Positions 20,648 through 30,700 of a DNA stretch of 64,000 nucleotides are shown here, in pieces (position 1 is the first letter of the stretch; every line of letters starts with the position of its first letter). The stretch comes from Parcubacteria group bacterium M6-OD1-1 (GTDB lineage: Bacteria; Patescibacteriota; Minisyncoccia; GWC2-36-17; M10-OD1-4). The position numbers and the translations under genes are program-made. The stretch is from assembly GCA_003056085.1 (NCBI GenBank), contig LSNK01000004.1:28326-92325 (forward strand), written 5' to 3'. The notes under the pieces are model-generated. The model made no database searches and was not told the origin of the DNA. It worked only from the letters and a program-made list of their open reading frames with translations.

Positions 20648-21508
20648 ATGAATGATGATAAGACGGAGCAAATATATTATTCAGGAATGAATAAAGTTAA
20701 ACTTCTTACAAAGGAGGAAGAAATTGAATTGGCTTATCGTATTGAAAAAGGTGATGAAGCTGCAAGAAAAAAATTCATTGAAGCAAATTTACGACTTGTG
20801 GTAAGTATTGCAATACCACTTTCACGTGGTGATAGAGCTTTGAAAAAAGATCTTATACAAGAAGGCAACAAAGGTCTTATAGAGGCTGTTGAAAGATTTA
20901 ATCCAAGTTTGGGGTATAAATTTTCTTCATATGCTGATTGGTATGTTAAGGGGCCTATGCTGGATTATCTTAATAAAAATGGTTTTATGGTGATTCCTGC
21001 AGATTGCAAAAGAAAAGTAAATAGAATACTCAAAGTGGCACGTGAGTATGGTATTGTTGATATGTATACTAACGAGGCTATTATAAAATTAACGGAAGGT
21101 TTCAATAAAAGATATCCTAAAGAGGAAGGCAAGGAATATACAAAAAAAGAAATTGAAAAAATAATAGATGATTATAATCTAATGTTTCCTATTTCTCTTG
21201 ATTCGGCAAAATTTGATGATAGCGATAAAAAATTGTCTAATTATACGGAAGATGTGAAATCGGAAAATCCTCAGAATATGGTAAATAAAGCGTTGATGCA
21301 CATGAAGGTGGCGGATTTAATTCATAAATTAACTAAAACAGAGCAAGATGTTATTGTAAGACGATTTGGTCTTGATGGAAGAGAATTTGATACATTAGAA
21401 AAAATTGGCAAGTCAAAAGGTGTTACGAGGGAAAGAATAAGACAGATTGAAGCTAAAGCATTAAGAAAGCTAAGAGATATAATGTCTCATTTGCATGAAG
21501 AAATTTAA
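20648..21508 (+). CDS. sigma-70 family RNA polymerase sigma factor (alternative, group 3-like)
   Basis: Region 2 (DLIQEGNKGLIEAVERFNP...YADWYVKG) and region 4 HTH (TLEKIGKSKGVTRERIRQIEAKALRKLR). 286 aa. Confidence 0.8.
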   Translation: MNDDKTEQIYYSGMNKVKLLTKEEEIELAYRIEKGDEAARKKFIEANLRLVVSIAIPLSRGDRALKKDLIQEGNKGLIEAVERFNPSLGYKFSSYADWYVKGPMLDYLNKNGFMVIPADCKRKVNRILKVAREYGIVDMYTNEAIIKLTEGFNKRYPKEEGKEYTKKEIEKIIDDYNLMFPISLDSAKFDDSDKKLSNYTEDVKSENPQNMVNKALMHMKVADLIHKLTKTEQDVIVRRFGLDGREFDTLEKIGKSKGVTRERIRQIEAKALRKLRDIMSHLHEEI

Positions 21509-21542
21509 ATAAGAGCATCTTTTAGGTATAAGTAATATATCA

Positions 21543-21580
21543 AAACCCTGAATCAAATATGATTTAGGGCTTTTTGTTTT
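21543..21580 (+). terminator. rho-independent terminator
   Basis: CCCTGAATC / GATTTAGGG stem followed by a T-run. Confidence 0.5.
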
Positions 21581-21649
21581 TTAAATACTTGACTTTTTAT
21601 TTTTACTAATATACCATATAGGGGTATTAGTTATTAATGTATAAATATT

Positions 21650-21931
21650 ATGAAAAATAAAGATATTAAAAAAAGAGCCGAGCATAGAATAAAGATAATA
21701 TTGGGGCAGACTAAAGGTATTTTAAAAGCTATTGAGGAAGATAAATATTGTATAAATATTTTAAATCAGTCGCTTTCCATTCAAGAGTCTTTAAAGAGTC
21801 TTGACGCATTGCTTTTGGAAAATCATATAAATACCTGCGTGAAAAAAAATATAAACAAAAAAAGCAGCGAAAGTGAAAAAACAATAAAAGAATTAATTAA
21901 AATTTATAAATTATCAAGAAAAAACAATTAA
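21650..21931 (+). CDS. csoR: CsoR/RcnR-family metal-sensing transcriptional repressor
   Basis: 93 aa. YCINILNQSLSIQESL and LENHINTC match the CsoR W-X-Y-Z Cys/His/Cys signature. Immediately upstream of copA. Confidence 0.8.
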   Translation: MKNKDIKKRAEHRIKIILGQTKGILKAIEEDKYCINILNQSLSIQESLKSLDALLLENHINTCVKKNINKKSSESEKTIKELIKIYKLSRKNN

Positions 21932-21997
21932 AATAAAACTTTCACACCCGATGTATTTTGCCCCAAGCTGCATTTAAGTGAATAAGTTTTTAAATAT

Positions 21998-24559
21998 ATG
22001 CAAAAGAAAACATACAAAATAATAGGAATGCACTGCGCAAGTTGCGTAAGAATAATTGAAGGCGCGCTTCTAAAAACTCCGGGAGTAAAGTCAGCCTCTG
22101 TTAATTTTGCTTCTGAGACGGCGTTTATTGAGTTTGATGAAAATGTTGCTTTGGAAACGGATATCATTAAGACCGTTAAGTCTATCGGGTATCAGTTGAG
22201 CGGTGTAAAGGAAGATGAAACGGAGTCTAAAAATGAAGCAGAAAAAAATGGGAGCGGTGAAGATGCTGAGAAGGTCTCTATAAAAGTTATTGGTATGGAC
22301 TCTCCTCACTGCGCTATGGTTGTTTCCGGAGCTATAAAAAAATTAGATGGAATTTTAGGCGTAGATGTTGATTTTTCAAATAATCGCGCAAAGGTGATAT
22401 TTGACGGATCTAAGATTAAAATAGAAAAAATATTTGATGTAATTGTAGATGCGGGATATAAGCCGATTGAAGAAGAGGGTCAGGTGGAGGATGTTTTGGA
22501 TAAAGAAAAAATTGAACATGAAAAACATGTAAAGACAATTAAAAGAAAGCTTTTTTTGGGAGGCATTTTATCTATTATAGTGTTTTTAAGCACTTATAAT
22601 AAATTCTTTTCTTTTATTCCGGATTTTTTAGCCAATAATTGGGCGCTTTTGATATTGACAACGCCAGTACAGTTTTGGGTTGGTTGGCAGTTTTATGCGG
22701 GTCTTAAGCTTTTATTTAAATACAGAACAGCCGACATGAATACTCTAATATCTATAGGAACATTATCAGCTTATTTTTATAGTGTTGCTATAACTGTTTT
22801 CCCCGAATTTTTTACAAGAGGCGGGTTTAAGCCGGAAGTTTACTTTGATACTTCAGCTATCATTATTGTTTTAATTTTGTTAGGAAAATACTTTGAAGAG
22901 ATTATGAAGGGAAGAGCTTCGGAGGCTATTAAAAAATTGGTGGGGTTGCAACCAAAAACGGCAAAAATTTTTAAAGACGGCAAAGAAATAGAAGTGAAAA
23001 TAGCAGATGTTAAAGTTGGAGATGTGGTTGTCGTGAGACCCGGTGAAAAAATACCTGTTGATGGAAAAATTATAGAAGGTAATTCTGAAATTGACGAGTC
23101 TATGGTGACCGGTGAGTCTATGCCCGTGCATAAAACGATTGATGATCTTGTTATTGGAAGTACTATAAATAAATTTGGAACACTTAAATTTACTGCAACA
23201 AAAATCGGCAAAGATACCGTGTTGTCTCAAATTATCAAAATGGTGGAAGAGGCTCAAGGATCAAAAGCGCCAATTCAAAGATTGGCTGATGTGGTATCGT
23301 CTTATTTTGTTCCCGTGGTTCTTGTTATAGCCGCTGTAACTTTTGTTATTTGGTATTTTCTAGGACCGGTACCGGCATTTAGTTTTGCCCTTATTAACTT
23401 TGTTTCTGTTTTAATTATCGCTTGTCCTTGCGCATTGGGTCTTGCAACTCCGATGGCTATAATGGTTTCATCCGGAAGTGCCGCAACAAAAGGAATTTTA
23501 ATAAAAGATGCGAGCTCACTTGAGATTGCAAACAAAATAGATGCAGTGGTTTTGGATAAAACAGGGACCCTTACCGAGGGTAAGCCGGAATTAACTGATA
23601 TTATTGTTTTTGATGATGGAGGGGAAATAGAAATTATTAATTTTGCGGCTTCATTGGAAAAAAATTCGGAACATCCTCTTGCTCAGGCTATTTTGCAATA
23701 TGCTGCGAGCTTAAACCAAAGTTCATCGCATTCTTTGGATAAAGCAATAACCACAGGAGCAAAAAATAAAAAATTAAATTTATATAAACTTCATGACTTT
23801 AAAGCCATCTCCGGTAAAGGAATTCATGGACATTTGGAGGTTGGATCTGAAAGGGTTGAGACTTATTTAGGTAACAGAGCTTTAATAAACGGTTTAAATT
23901 TAAATGTAGATGCTTATGAAGATGAAATAAAAGCTCTCGAAAGTGATGGTAAGACAGTTATGATTCTTGTTGTTGGCGGAGTAATAAAAGGCGCTTTGGC
24001 TGTTGCTGATGTTATAAAGGAAGAGTCAAAAAAGGCTGTTGAGGTTTTGAAGAAAAAAGGTATAGAAGTTTGGATGCTAACGGGGGATAATAAAAGAACG
24101 GCTGATGCAATAGGAAAACAAGTAGGAATAGAAAACATAATAAGTGAAGTTATGCCGGACAAAAAGTCCGAAAAGGTGAAAGAACTTCAAAGTAAAGGAA
24201 AAATTGTTGCAATGGTGGGTGATGGTATAAATGACGCTCCTGCGTTAACACAGGCGGATATTGGCATAGCGATGGGAGGCGGAACGGATATTGCTATGGA
24301 GTCTGCAAATATTACTTTAATGAGAGGAGACCTTATGTTGATCCCTGAAACAATAGAGTTGTCAAAAAAAACTATGCATATAATAAAACAAAATCTTTTC
24401 TTTGCATTTTTTTACAACTCCGCTTTCATACCTGTAGCCGCCGGCGTTTTGTATCCATTTTTTGGCATTTTGCTTAACCCTATCTTTGCGGCTATAGCGA
24501 TGGCATTTAGTTCGTTGTCAGTTGTGTTTAATTCACTAAGGCTTAAAAAGAACGCCTAA
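21998..24559 (+). CDS. copA: copper-translocating P1B-type ATPase
   Basis: Two HMA domains (GMHCASC, DSPHCAMV), CPC motif, DKTGTLT, and GDGINDAPAL. Confidence 0.9.
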   Translation: MQKKTYKIIGMHCASCVRIIEGALLKTPGVKSASVNFASETAFIEFDENVALETDIIKTVKSIGYQLSGVKEDETESKNEAEKNGSGEDAEKVSIKVIGMDSPHCAMVVSGAIKKLDGILGVDVDFSNNRAKVIFDGSKIKIEKIFDVIVDAGYKPIEEEGQVEDVLDKEKIEHEKHVKTIKRKLFLGGILSIIVFLSTYNKFFSFIPDFLANNWALLILTTPVQFWVGWQFYAGLKLLFKYRTADMNTLISIGTLSAYFYSVAITVFPEFFTRGGFKPEVYFDTSAIIIVLILLGKYFEEIMKGRASEAIKKLVGLQPKTAKIFKDGKEIEVKIADVKVGDVVVVRPGEKIPVDGKIIEGNSEIDESMVTGESMPVHKTIDDLVIGSTINKFGTLKFTATKIGKDTVLSQIIKMVEEAQGSKAPIQRLADVVSSYFVPVVLVIAAVTFVIWYFLGPVPAFSFALINFVSVLIIACPCALGLATPMAIMVSSGSAATKGILIKDASSLEIANKIDAVVLDKTGTLTEGKPELTDIIVFDDGGEIEIINFAASLEKNSEHPLAQAILQYAASLNQSSSHSLDKAITTGAKNKKLNLYKLHDFKAISGKGIHGHLEVGSERVETYLGNRALINGLNLNVDAYEDEIKALESDGKTVMILVVGGVIKGALAVADVIKEESKKAVEVLKKKGIEVWMLTGDNKRTADAIGKQVGIENIISEVMPDKKSEKVKELQSKGKIVAMVGDGINDAPALTQADIGIAMGGGTDIAMESANITLMRGDLMLIPETIELSKKTMHIIKQNLFFAFFYNSAFIPVAAGVLYPFFGILLNPIFAAIAMAFSSLSVVFNSLRLKKNA

Positions 24560-24575
24560 CTTAAATATTTTTCTA

Positions 24576-24618
24576 ATTGTGATATTATTTATATTGATAA
24601 TATAAATAATATCACAAT
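24576..24618. terminator. 19-bp perfect inverted repeat with 5-nt loop (terminator or operator)
   Basis: ATTGTGATATTATTTATAT-TGATA-ATATAAATAATATCACAAT. Lies between the copA stop and the permease start. Confidence 0.45.
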
Positions 24619-24624
24619 CAATTT

Positions 24625-25965
24625 ATGGATTTAAAAGACAATCAAAAATTGTCCTTAACAGGGTCTGTTGCATTGGGTACGGGAGTCATGATAGGCGCGG
24701 GGATTTTTGTTCTTATGGGGCAGATAGCCGAACTGGTGGGCAGTTTATTTCCGTTAGCATTTTTAGTAGGAGCAATAGTAGTTGGATTCAGCTCGTATTC
24801 TTATGTTAAATTCTCCGATGCTTATCCTTCGTCCGGAGGAGTTGCTAAATTTTTAACAAAAGCTTACGGTCCCGGCACTGCCACAGGAACATTTTCATTA
24901 TTGATGTATGTTTCAATGGTTGTTGCCGAGAGTTTGGTTGCCGGCACTTTTGGAGCATACACTTTAAGGTTGTTTCCGGAAGAATATGCAGGATATGCTT
25001 CTTTATTGGGAGTGATACTTATAGCGATGGCTTTTATAATAAATATATCGGGTAACAAGATTATTGAAACCGCAGCAACATTTACGGCGGTTATTAAAGT
25101 GGTTGGTATTGCGTTGCTTGCTATTGCGGGGTTGGCGATAGCGGGTTTTCCTGATATTAATAGCGGTTATATTTCAGAAGTAGGCGCATCTATGCCTATT
25201 TGGCTTAGTTTTATTGGGGCATTAGCGTTGTCTATTTTGGCTTATAAAGGGTTTACAACCATAACCAATCAAGGAGCTGATATAAAAAACCCGCATAAAA
25301 ATGTAGGACGCTCTATTATTATTTCTATTTCAATTTGCACATTGATTTACATAACCTTGGCATTGTCTGTGGCCGCGGGATTAAGCGTTTCGGAAATTAT
25401 TATCGCAAAAGACTATGCTTTAGCAGAAGCCGCCAGACCAATCTTTGGAGAGTGGGGAATAGTATTTACTGTTTTACTTGCTATTGTGGCTACTGTATCC
25501 GGGGTAATAGCCAGTGTTTTTTCGGCATCAAGGTTGTTGGGAATGTTAAGCAAGATGAAACAAGTGCCTAACCTGAGCATGAGTAAGATTAAAAACCCCG
25601 CTCTTATTTTTACCGTATCTTTGGCGATGCTTCTGACCATCTTATTTGATTTAACCAGAATTGCCTCAATAGGAGCTATTTTTTATTTAATAATGGATAT
25701 TGCTATACATTGGGGTCTTTTCCGGCATTTAAGAAAAGATGTTAAATTTATTCCCGCCATCCCTTTTATAGCTATAATAATGGATGTTATTATTCTTACT
25801 GCGTTTATTTATATAAAATATTTAAATGACCCATTTGTTCTAATGGTGGCTTCAATAGGAATAATTCTTATTATTCTTGCCGAGCGTCTTTTTATGATAT
25901 CTCATACTGACAGTGACGGAAATATGCATATGGGGATGGATGATGAAAAAATGAGTATGAAATAA
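24625..25965 (+). CDS. APC-family amino acid permease
   Basis: 12 TM helices. N-terminal GTGVMIGAGIFVLMGQ signature of the APC superfamily. Confidence 0.7.
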   Translation: MDLKDNQKLSLTGSVALGTGVMIGAGIFVLMGQIAELVGSLFPLAFLVGAIVVGFSSYSYVKFSDAYPSSGGVAKFLTKAYGPGTATGTFSLLMYVSMVVAESLVAGTFGAYTLRLFPEEYAGYASLLGVILIAMAFIINISGNKIIETAATFTAVIKVVGIALLAIAGLAIAGFPDINSGYISEVGASMPIWLSFIGALALSILAYKGFTTITNQGADIKNPHKNVGRSIIISISICTLIYITLALSVAAGLSVSEIIIAKDYALAEAARPIFGEWGIVFTVLLAIVATVSGVIASVFSASRLLGMLSKMKQVPNLSMSKIKNPALIFTVSLAMLLTILFDLTRIASIGAIFYLIMDIAIHWGLFRHLRKDVKFIPAIPFIAIIMDVIILTAFIYIKYLNDPFVLMVASIGIILIILAERLFMISHTDSDGNMHMGMDDEKMSMK

Positions 25966-26059
25966 TTTTAAATATAATTTTTTTTAAAGTATGGTATTAT
26001 AGTAATGAAAAATTATAAAAAATCTAAAAATATTTAATATTTTTTCTAAACTCTAATAT

Positions 26060-26989
26060 ATGTTTAATAAAGTTTATTCTTTATTTGTTGAATCTTATCT
26101 TTCTGTGGTTATCCTTGCTCTTTTTTTGGGGATTTTGTTTTCTCAAGAAGTTCTATTTCTTGCAGAATACAGCACTATTGTGCTTGGAGCAATTTTCTTT
26201 TTAAGCGCACTCAAAATAAATATAAGAGAAGTTGCAGACTCTCTTACGGATAAAAAAATGTTGATTGTTGTTAATGTCTTTATGCTGATTTTGTTTCCGG
26301 TGTTAATTTATTACGGCACGCTTGCGTTAGTGCCCTCACTTGCAATCGCATTTCTTCTTCTTGCAGCTATGCCGGTAGGGATGACCGCGCCATTGTTGTC
26401 TGAAATAGTTGGAGGGAAACAGAGTCTTGCATTAGTACTTACAGTTTCTACATCACTTCTTGCGCCCATTACAGTACCTTTCGTTATGAATATGCTTGCG
26501 GGGGCCACTGTTTCAATAGATTTTTTTGATATGTTTTTTTCTCTTGCCAAAGTAATATTTATTCCATTTATACTTGCTAATATTTTAAAACTATTTTGGC
26601 GGAAAAAAATTAATAAAGTTACTGTGCATTTTAAATCAATTTCTGTGCTTCTTCTCGGTGTTCTTATTATGTCAATTGTGGCGAAACAAGCAGATGTAAT
26701 CATTGAAGGTTTGTATGGCGGGAGCGCTTTGGTGGATCTTGGACTTCTTTTTATACTTTTTATTGTTTTTCATATATTTGGATATTTTACTATTTTTTGG
26801 CGAGAAAAGTCGGATCGCATCACAACAACAGTATGTCTTACGTACATGAACTTTACATTGGCAATTTACCTTGCCGATAAATTTTTTCAAGAACCGGCTA
26901 TTGTTATTCCTGTAGTGCTTTCGGTAATTCCTTGGGCAATTCTTCTTACACCATTTAAATATTTAATAATTGGGCTGCAAAAAGTATAA
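26060..26989 (+). CDS. membrane transporter (possibly BASS/AEC-like)
   Basis: About 10 TM helices. Family assignment is tentative. Confidence 0.4.
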   Translation: MFNKVYSLFVESYLSVVILALFLGILFSQEVLFLAEYSTIVLGAIFFLSALKINIREVADSLTDKKMLIVVNVFMLILFPVLIYYGTLALVPSLAIAFLLLAAMPVGMTAPLLSEIVGGKQSLALVLTVSTSLLAPITVPFVMNMLAGATVSIDFFDMFFSLAKVIFIPFILANILKLFWRKKINKVTVHFKSISVLLLGVLIMSIVAKQADVIIEGLYGGSALVDLGLLFILFIVFHIFGYFTIFWREKSDRITTTVCLTYMNFTLAIYLADKFFQEPAIVIPVVLSVIPWAILLTPFKYLIIGLQKV

Positions 26990-27089
26990 AGTTTAATATT
27001 TTTTATTAATAATCTATTGATGAAATGATATTGTTGTGCTATGTTTATATTAAATTTAAATTCTAAATTATCATTTAATATATATTTAT

Positions 27090-27221
27090 ATGGCAAAACG
27101 AGATACTGGGATTGGGAAAAAAAGAAAATCACATTCCCACAAAACCGCAAAACGGCTTGAAGCCAAAAAGCTTATGCTTGAAAATAAAGCTAAAAAACCG
27201 GCGGCAAGAAAACAAAAGTAA
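27090..27221 (+). CDS. small highly basic 43-aa protein (not in the ORF track)
   Basis: Manual translation gives MAKRDTGIGKKRKSHSHKTAKRLEAKKLMLENKAKKPAARKQK, ending at TAA 27219-27221. A terminator follows. No clear SD. Confidence 0.3.
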   Translation: MAKRDTGIGKKRKSHSHKTAKRLEAKKLMLENKAKKPAARKQK

Positions 27222-27229
27222 AATAAAAC

Positions 27230-27258
27230 AAAAAATCCGCTTTAAGCGGATTTTTTGT
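27230..27258. terminator. bidirectional terminator
   Basis: AAAAATCCGC-TTTAA-GCGGATTTTTT. Serves cspA on the minus strand and the small ORF on the plus strand. Confidence 0.6.
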
Positions 27259-27282
27259 TTTTGCTATAAAAATTTTATAGTC

Positions 27283-27486
27283 TTATGCTTTTGCTACATT
27301 TGTAGCGTTAGGTCCTTTTTGTCCCTCACTAACTTCAAATGTTACTGCATCACCTTCTCTCAAGTCATCGAACTGCACGTTCTGAAGTTCACTTGAGTGA
27401 AAGAAAAGGTCTTTGTCTTCACCTTCTTGTGAGATAAAGCCAAACCCTCTGTCTGACACAAGCTTAGATATTGTTCCTTGATTCAT
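27283..27486 (-). CDS. cspA: cold-shock protein (CspA family)
   Basis: 67 aa. RNP1-like motif DRGFGFI and the CSD fold pattern. Confidence 0.85.
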   Translation of the reverse strand: MNQGTISKLVSDRGFGFISQEGEDKDLFFHSSELQNVQFDDLREGDAVTFEVSEGQKGPNATNVAKA

Positions 27487-27780
27487 TTGTAATATAAACT
27501 AAGTTGTTTATTATATAAACTTATAAAATAAGTCTATTATCAAAAAAAATTCCGTATAATAAAACCCGACTTAGTTTTCTTACAGACATAATTTGATGTT
27601 TATTATTTTATTATGAAATATAGACTTTGTCAAGGACAATTATTTTTTAAAACATTTTGATTTTGTTATTGAAATACTATATTTTTATTTTTCTAAAAAA
27701 ATCTTTCAAAATAAATTTGCCTCAAACTCAATATTCTTATACAATTAAACAAACAATACATTATCAATAAAGCATAAGAC

Positions 27781-30700
27781 ATGCCAAAAATTAAAAATGT
27801 TTTCATTCTTGCATCCCTATTAGCAGTTTTTATCTTAATCCCAACAGGAATATTAAATGCTCAAACCGCTCCAACAAACGGACTAGTGGGATACTGGACG
27901 TTTGATGAAGGGTCAGGAACAACAGCAAGTGATTCTTCTGGTAATGGAAATACAGGAACTCTTACAAACGGACCAACGTGGACAAGTGGGCAAATAGGCG
28001 GTGCTCTTTCATTTGATGGGGTGAATGATGTTGTGGAGATAGATTCTGTTTCTTCTTTAAAACCATCAACTGTAATCACTGTTTCTGCATGGGTTAAATT
28101 AAAAGTGGATGCAACCGCTTTTAATGCATATATTATTGCCTTTGATAATATTAACTATGCTTATCATTTAAGTTGGACTGATGCAGCCCCTGATAGATTT
28201 ATATGGAGAGTAAGAAATACTAATGGTGTAAAAGAAGCCTCTTACAAGATTAACCCAAAAGGTGTATGGGTAAATGTGGTAGGTACTTTTGATGGAACAA
28301 CTCAAAAAATTTACACGGATGGCGTAGAAAGAGATTCGATAGCAGTGTCCGGGAATATTGATTATACTTTTGCTAGTCAATTAAATATAGGTGCGCAACG
28401 TAAATCTAATATATGGGATGGCACCATCGACGACGTCCGCATCTACAACCGCGCTCTTTCTACCACAGAAATAGCTGATATATACAATGCGGGGATAGGT
28501 GTAGGAACCGTCACGACCTATCAATGCTCAGACTCTATAGACAATGACTCCGACGGACTAACAGACTATCCCAACGACCCGGGATGTACATCTACAACTG
28601 ACAACGATGAATATAACGCAGTCTCAGACACAACCCCACCAACAACCCCAACCAACCTTCAAGCAACAACAAACTCATCATCACAAATCTCTCTAACATG
28701 GAGTGCATCAACAGACAACACAGCAACAGCAGGCTACAGAGTATACAGAAACGGAACACAGATAACCACAACAACAAACACTTCATACACAGACAACAGT
28801 CTTTCTGCAGGAACGTTATACACATATACAGTGTCGGCATACGACGCCGCAGGAAACGTTTCATCACAATCAACAAGTGTTAGCGCTGCTACAAATATAA
28901 CCATATCAACAAAATTTAACATAAACGACACAATAGAAGTCTCCACAAGAGATGGCTCAAGTCTCAACGTACGCGGAACTGCAAATGGAATACTACTGGG
29001 TCAACAATTAAACGGAAGACGAGGAATTGTCATAGGAGGGCCAACCGTAGCCGGAGGATTAATATGGTGGAATATAAACTTCAATAATGCTCCTGATGGA
29101 TGGGTGGCAGAAGGATATATTACTGCGTCATTGATTTCAGGAAATTCAATTACAATTGGGACATTAGAATCTGACCCTCCAACTATCAAAAATTTAGGAG
29201 TCTCCCTCCCTATTATCAGTGGTGATAATAATTATAATGCACAAGCTTTTGTTTCTTATCGGAAGCAGGGGGTTTCTGCTTGGAATGAAGGATTGCCATT
29301 GCTACGTGTTCGTCCAGATAAACTTAGTACCGATACACAATTATTCACAGTTGTAAATCAATTTGCTGGTAGTATATTTAACTTAGAGCCAGATACTTCT
29401 TATGAGTTTAGAGTTCGAGTTGTGGATTCAGATGGTGTTAATGGTAACAGTTCTCAAATTATTACAATGCATACCAGGCCATATCCTAAAGCTAATCCTC
29501 TTGTAGCACGAATTGTGAATGTTTCAACTATGACCGAGTTGAGGTCAGCCGTAGCTTCTGCTAAACCTGGAGACGTAATCACGTTAGCTAATAATACATA
29601 CAACGGTTCTATCACTATTAATAATAGTGGTACTGCAGATAATCCTATTATTCTTCGTGGGCAGTCTCAGGTCGGTGTGATTATTGATGCTTCGGGCGCG
29701 TTAGGGGGTATTGATATTGCCGCCTCACATGTATATGTAGAAAACCTTACTGTAACAAGCAGTGATTATGGAATTCGTATGCCATCTGATGCTATTGACG
29801 TAGTTGTTCGTTTTACTCGATTAACAAATGTAAATAAAGGTATTAAAGCTAAGAATTATTCTCATCGAAACTTTTATATTTGTGACAATGTACTTGAAGG
29901 CAAATCGGTCTGGCCGGACACAAGTAAAGCTACTTGGGATATGGAAGGTATTGTCATAACAGGTAGCGGTCATGTGGTTTGTAATAATACACTTTCAGGT
30001 TTTGGGGATTCAATCGGGTTTTCTAGATACACTAATATTCCCAACTTGGCAAATGATTTTTATGGAAATGAAGTTTTGTGGGGTGGCGATGATGGAATTG
30101 AATTAGATGAAGGACAGCGTAATATTCGTGCTTATCGAAATCGGATTTTAAATACAGCTTCAGGCATCAGTATGCAACCAGTTTGGGGTGGACCAACTTA
30201 TATTTTTCAGAATATATTTTATAACCAGAAAAATGCACCATACAAATTAAATAATGCACCGAGCGGATTCTATATTTTTAACAATACAGCAGTACGAGTG
30301 GGTTGGGCATGGAAACAATATTCCAACCGAATCATGAATTTCCAGTTTTTTAATAATCTAACAGTTGGCACAGATAATGGCGTCGATATGTCTTCTGTGG
30401 TTACGTTGGGCGAAATTGATTATAATGGCTGGTATCCAGATGGACAATTTAGATTTGGTACACGCTGGAACAGTTTCAGTGATTTACAAGCGAGATCACC
30501 ATTTGAAACAAATGGTCGGCTTTTAACTTCGTCAATATTTCAGAACGATATACCTATTCTCACTGAGACAGCTCCAGATAAGAACACTTTCAGAGCCCCA
30601 GTTAATTTAACTCTCTCTTCTGTCTCCAATGCAGTTGATGCTGGGCGTTTATTGCCAAATATTAATAATGACTATATTGGGAGTGGGCCTGATCTTGGTG

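Noticed and set aside
22840-23535. Antisense ORFs of 77 to 125 aa inside copA
   Set aside because: They lie fully within a well-supported P-type ATPase CDS on the opposite strand and show low-complexity translations with no motifs. They are frame artefacts of AT-rich sequence.
27112-27396. 94-aa ORF overlapping cspA on the opposite strand
   Set aside because: It runs antisense to a highly conserved cold-shock protein and through a terminator hairpin. In a different frame it is replaced by the shorter 27090-27221 ORF.
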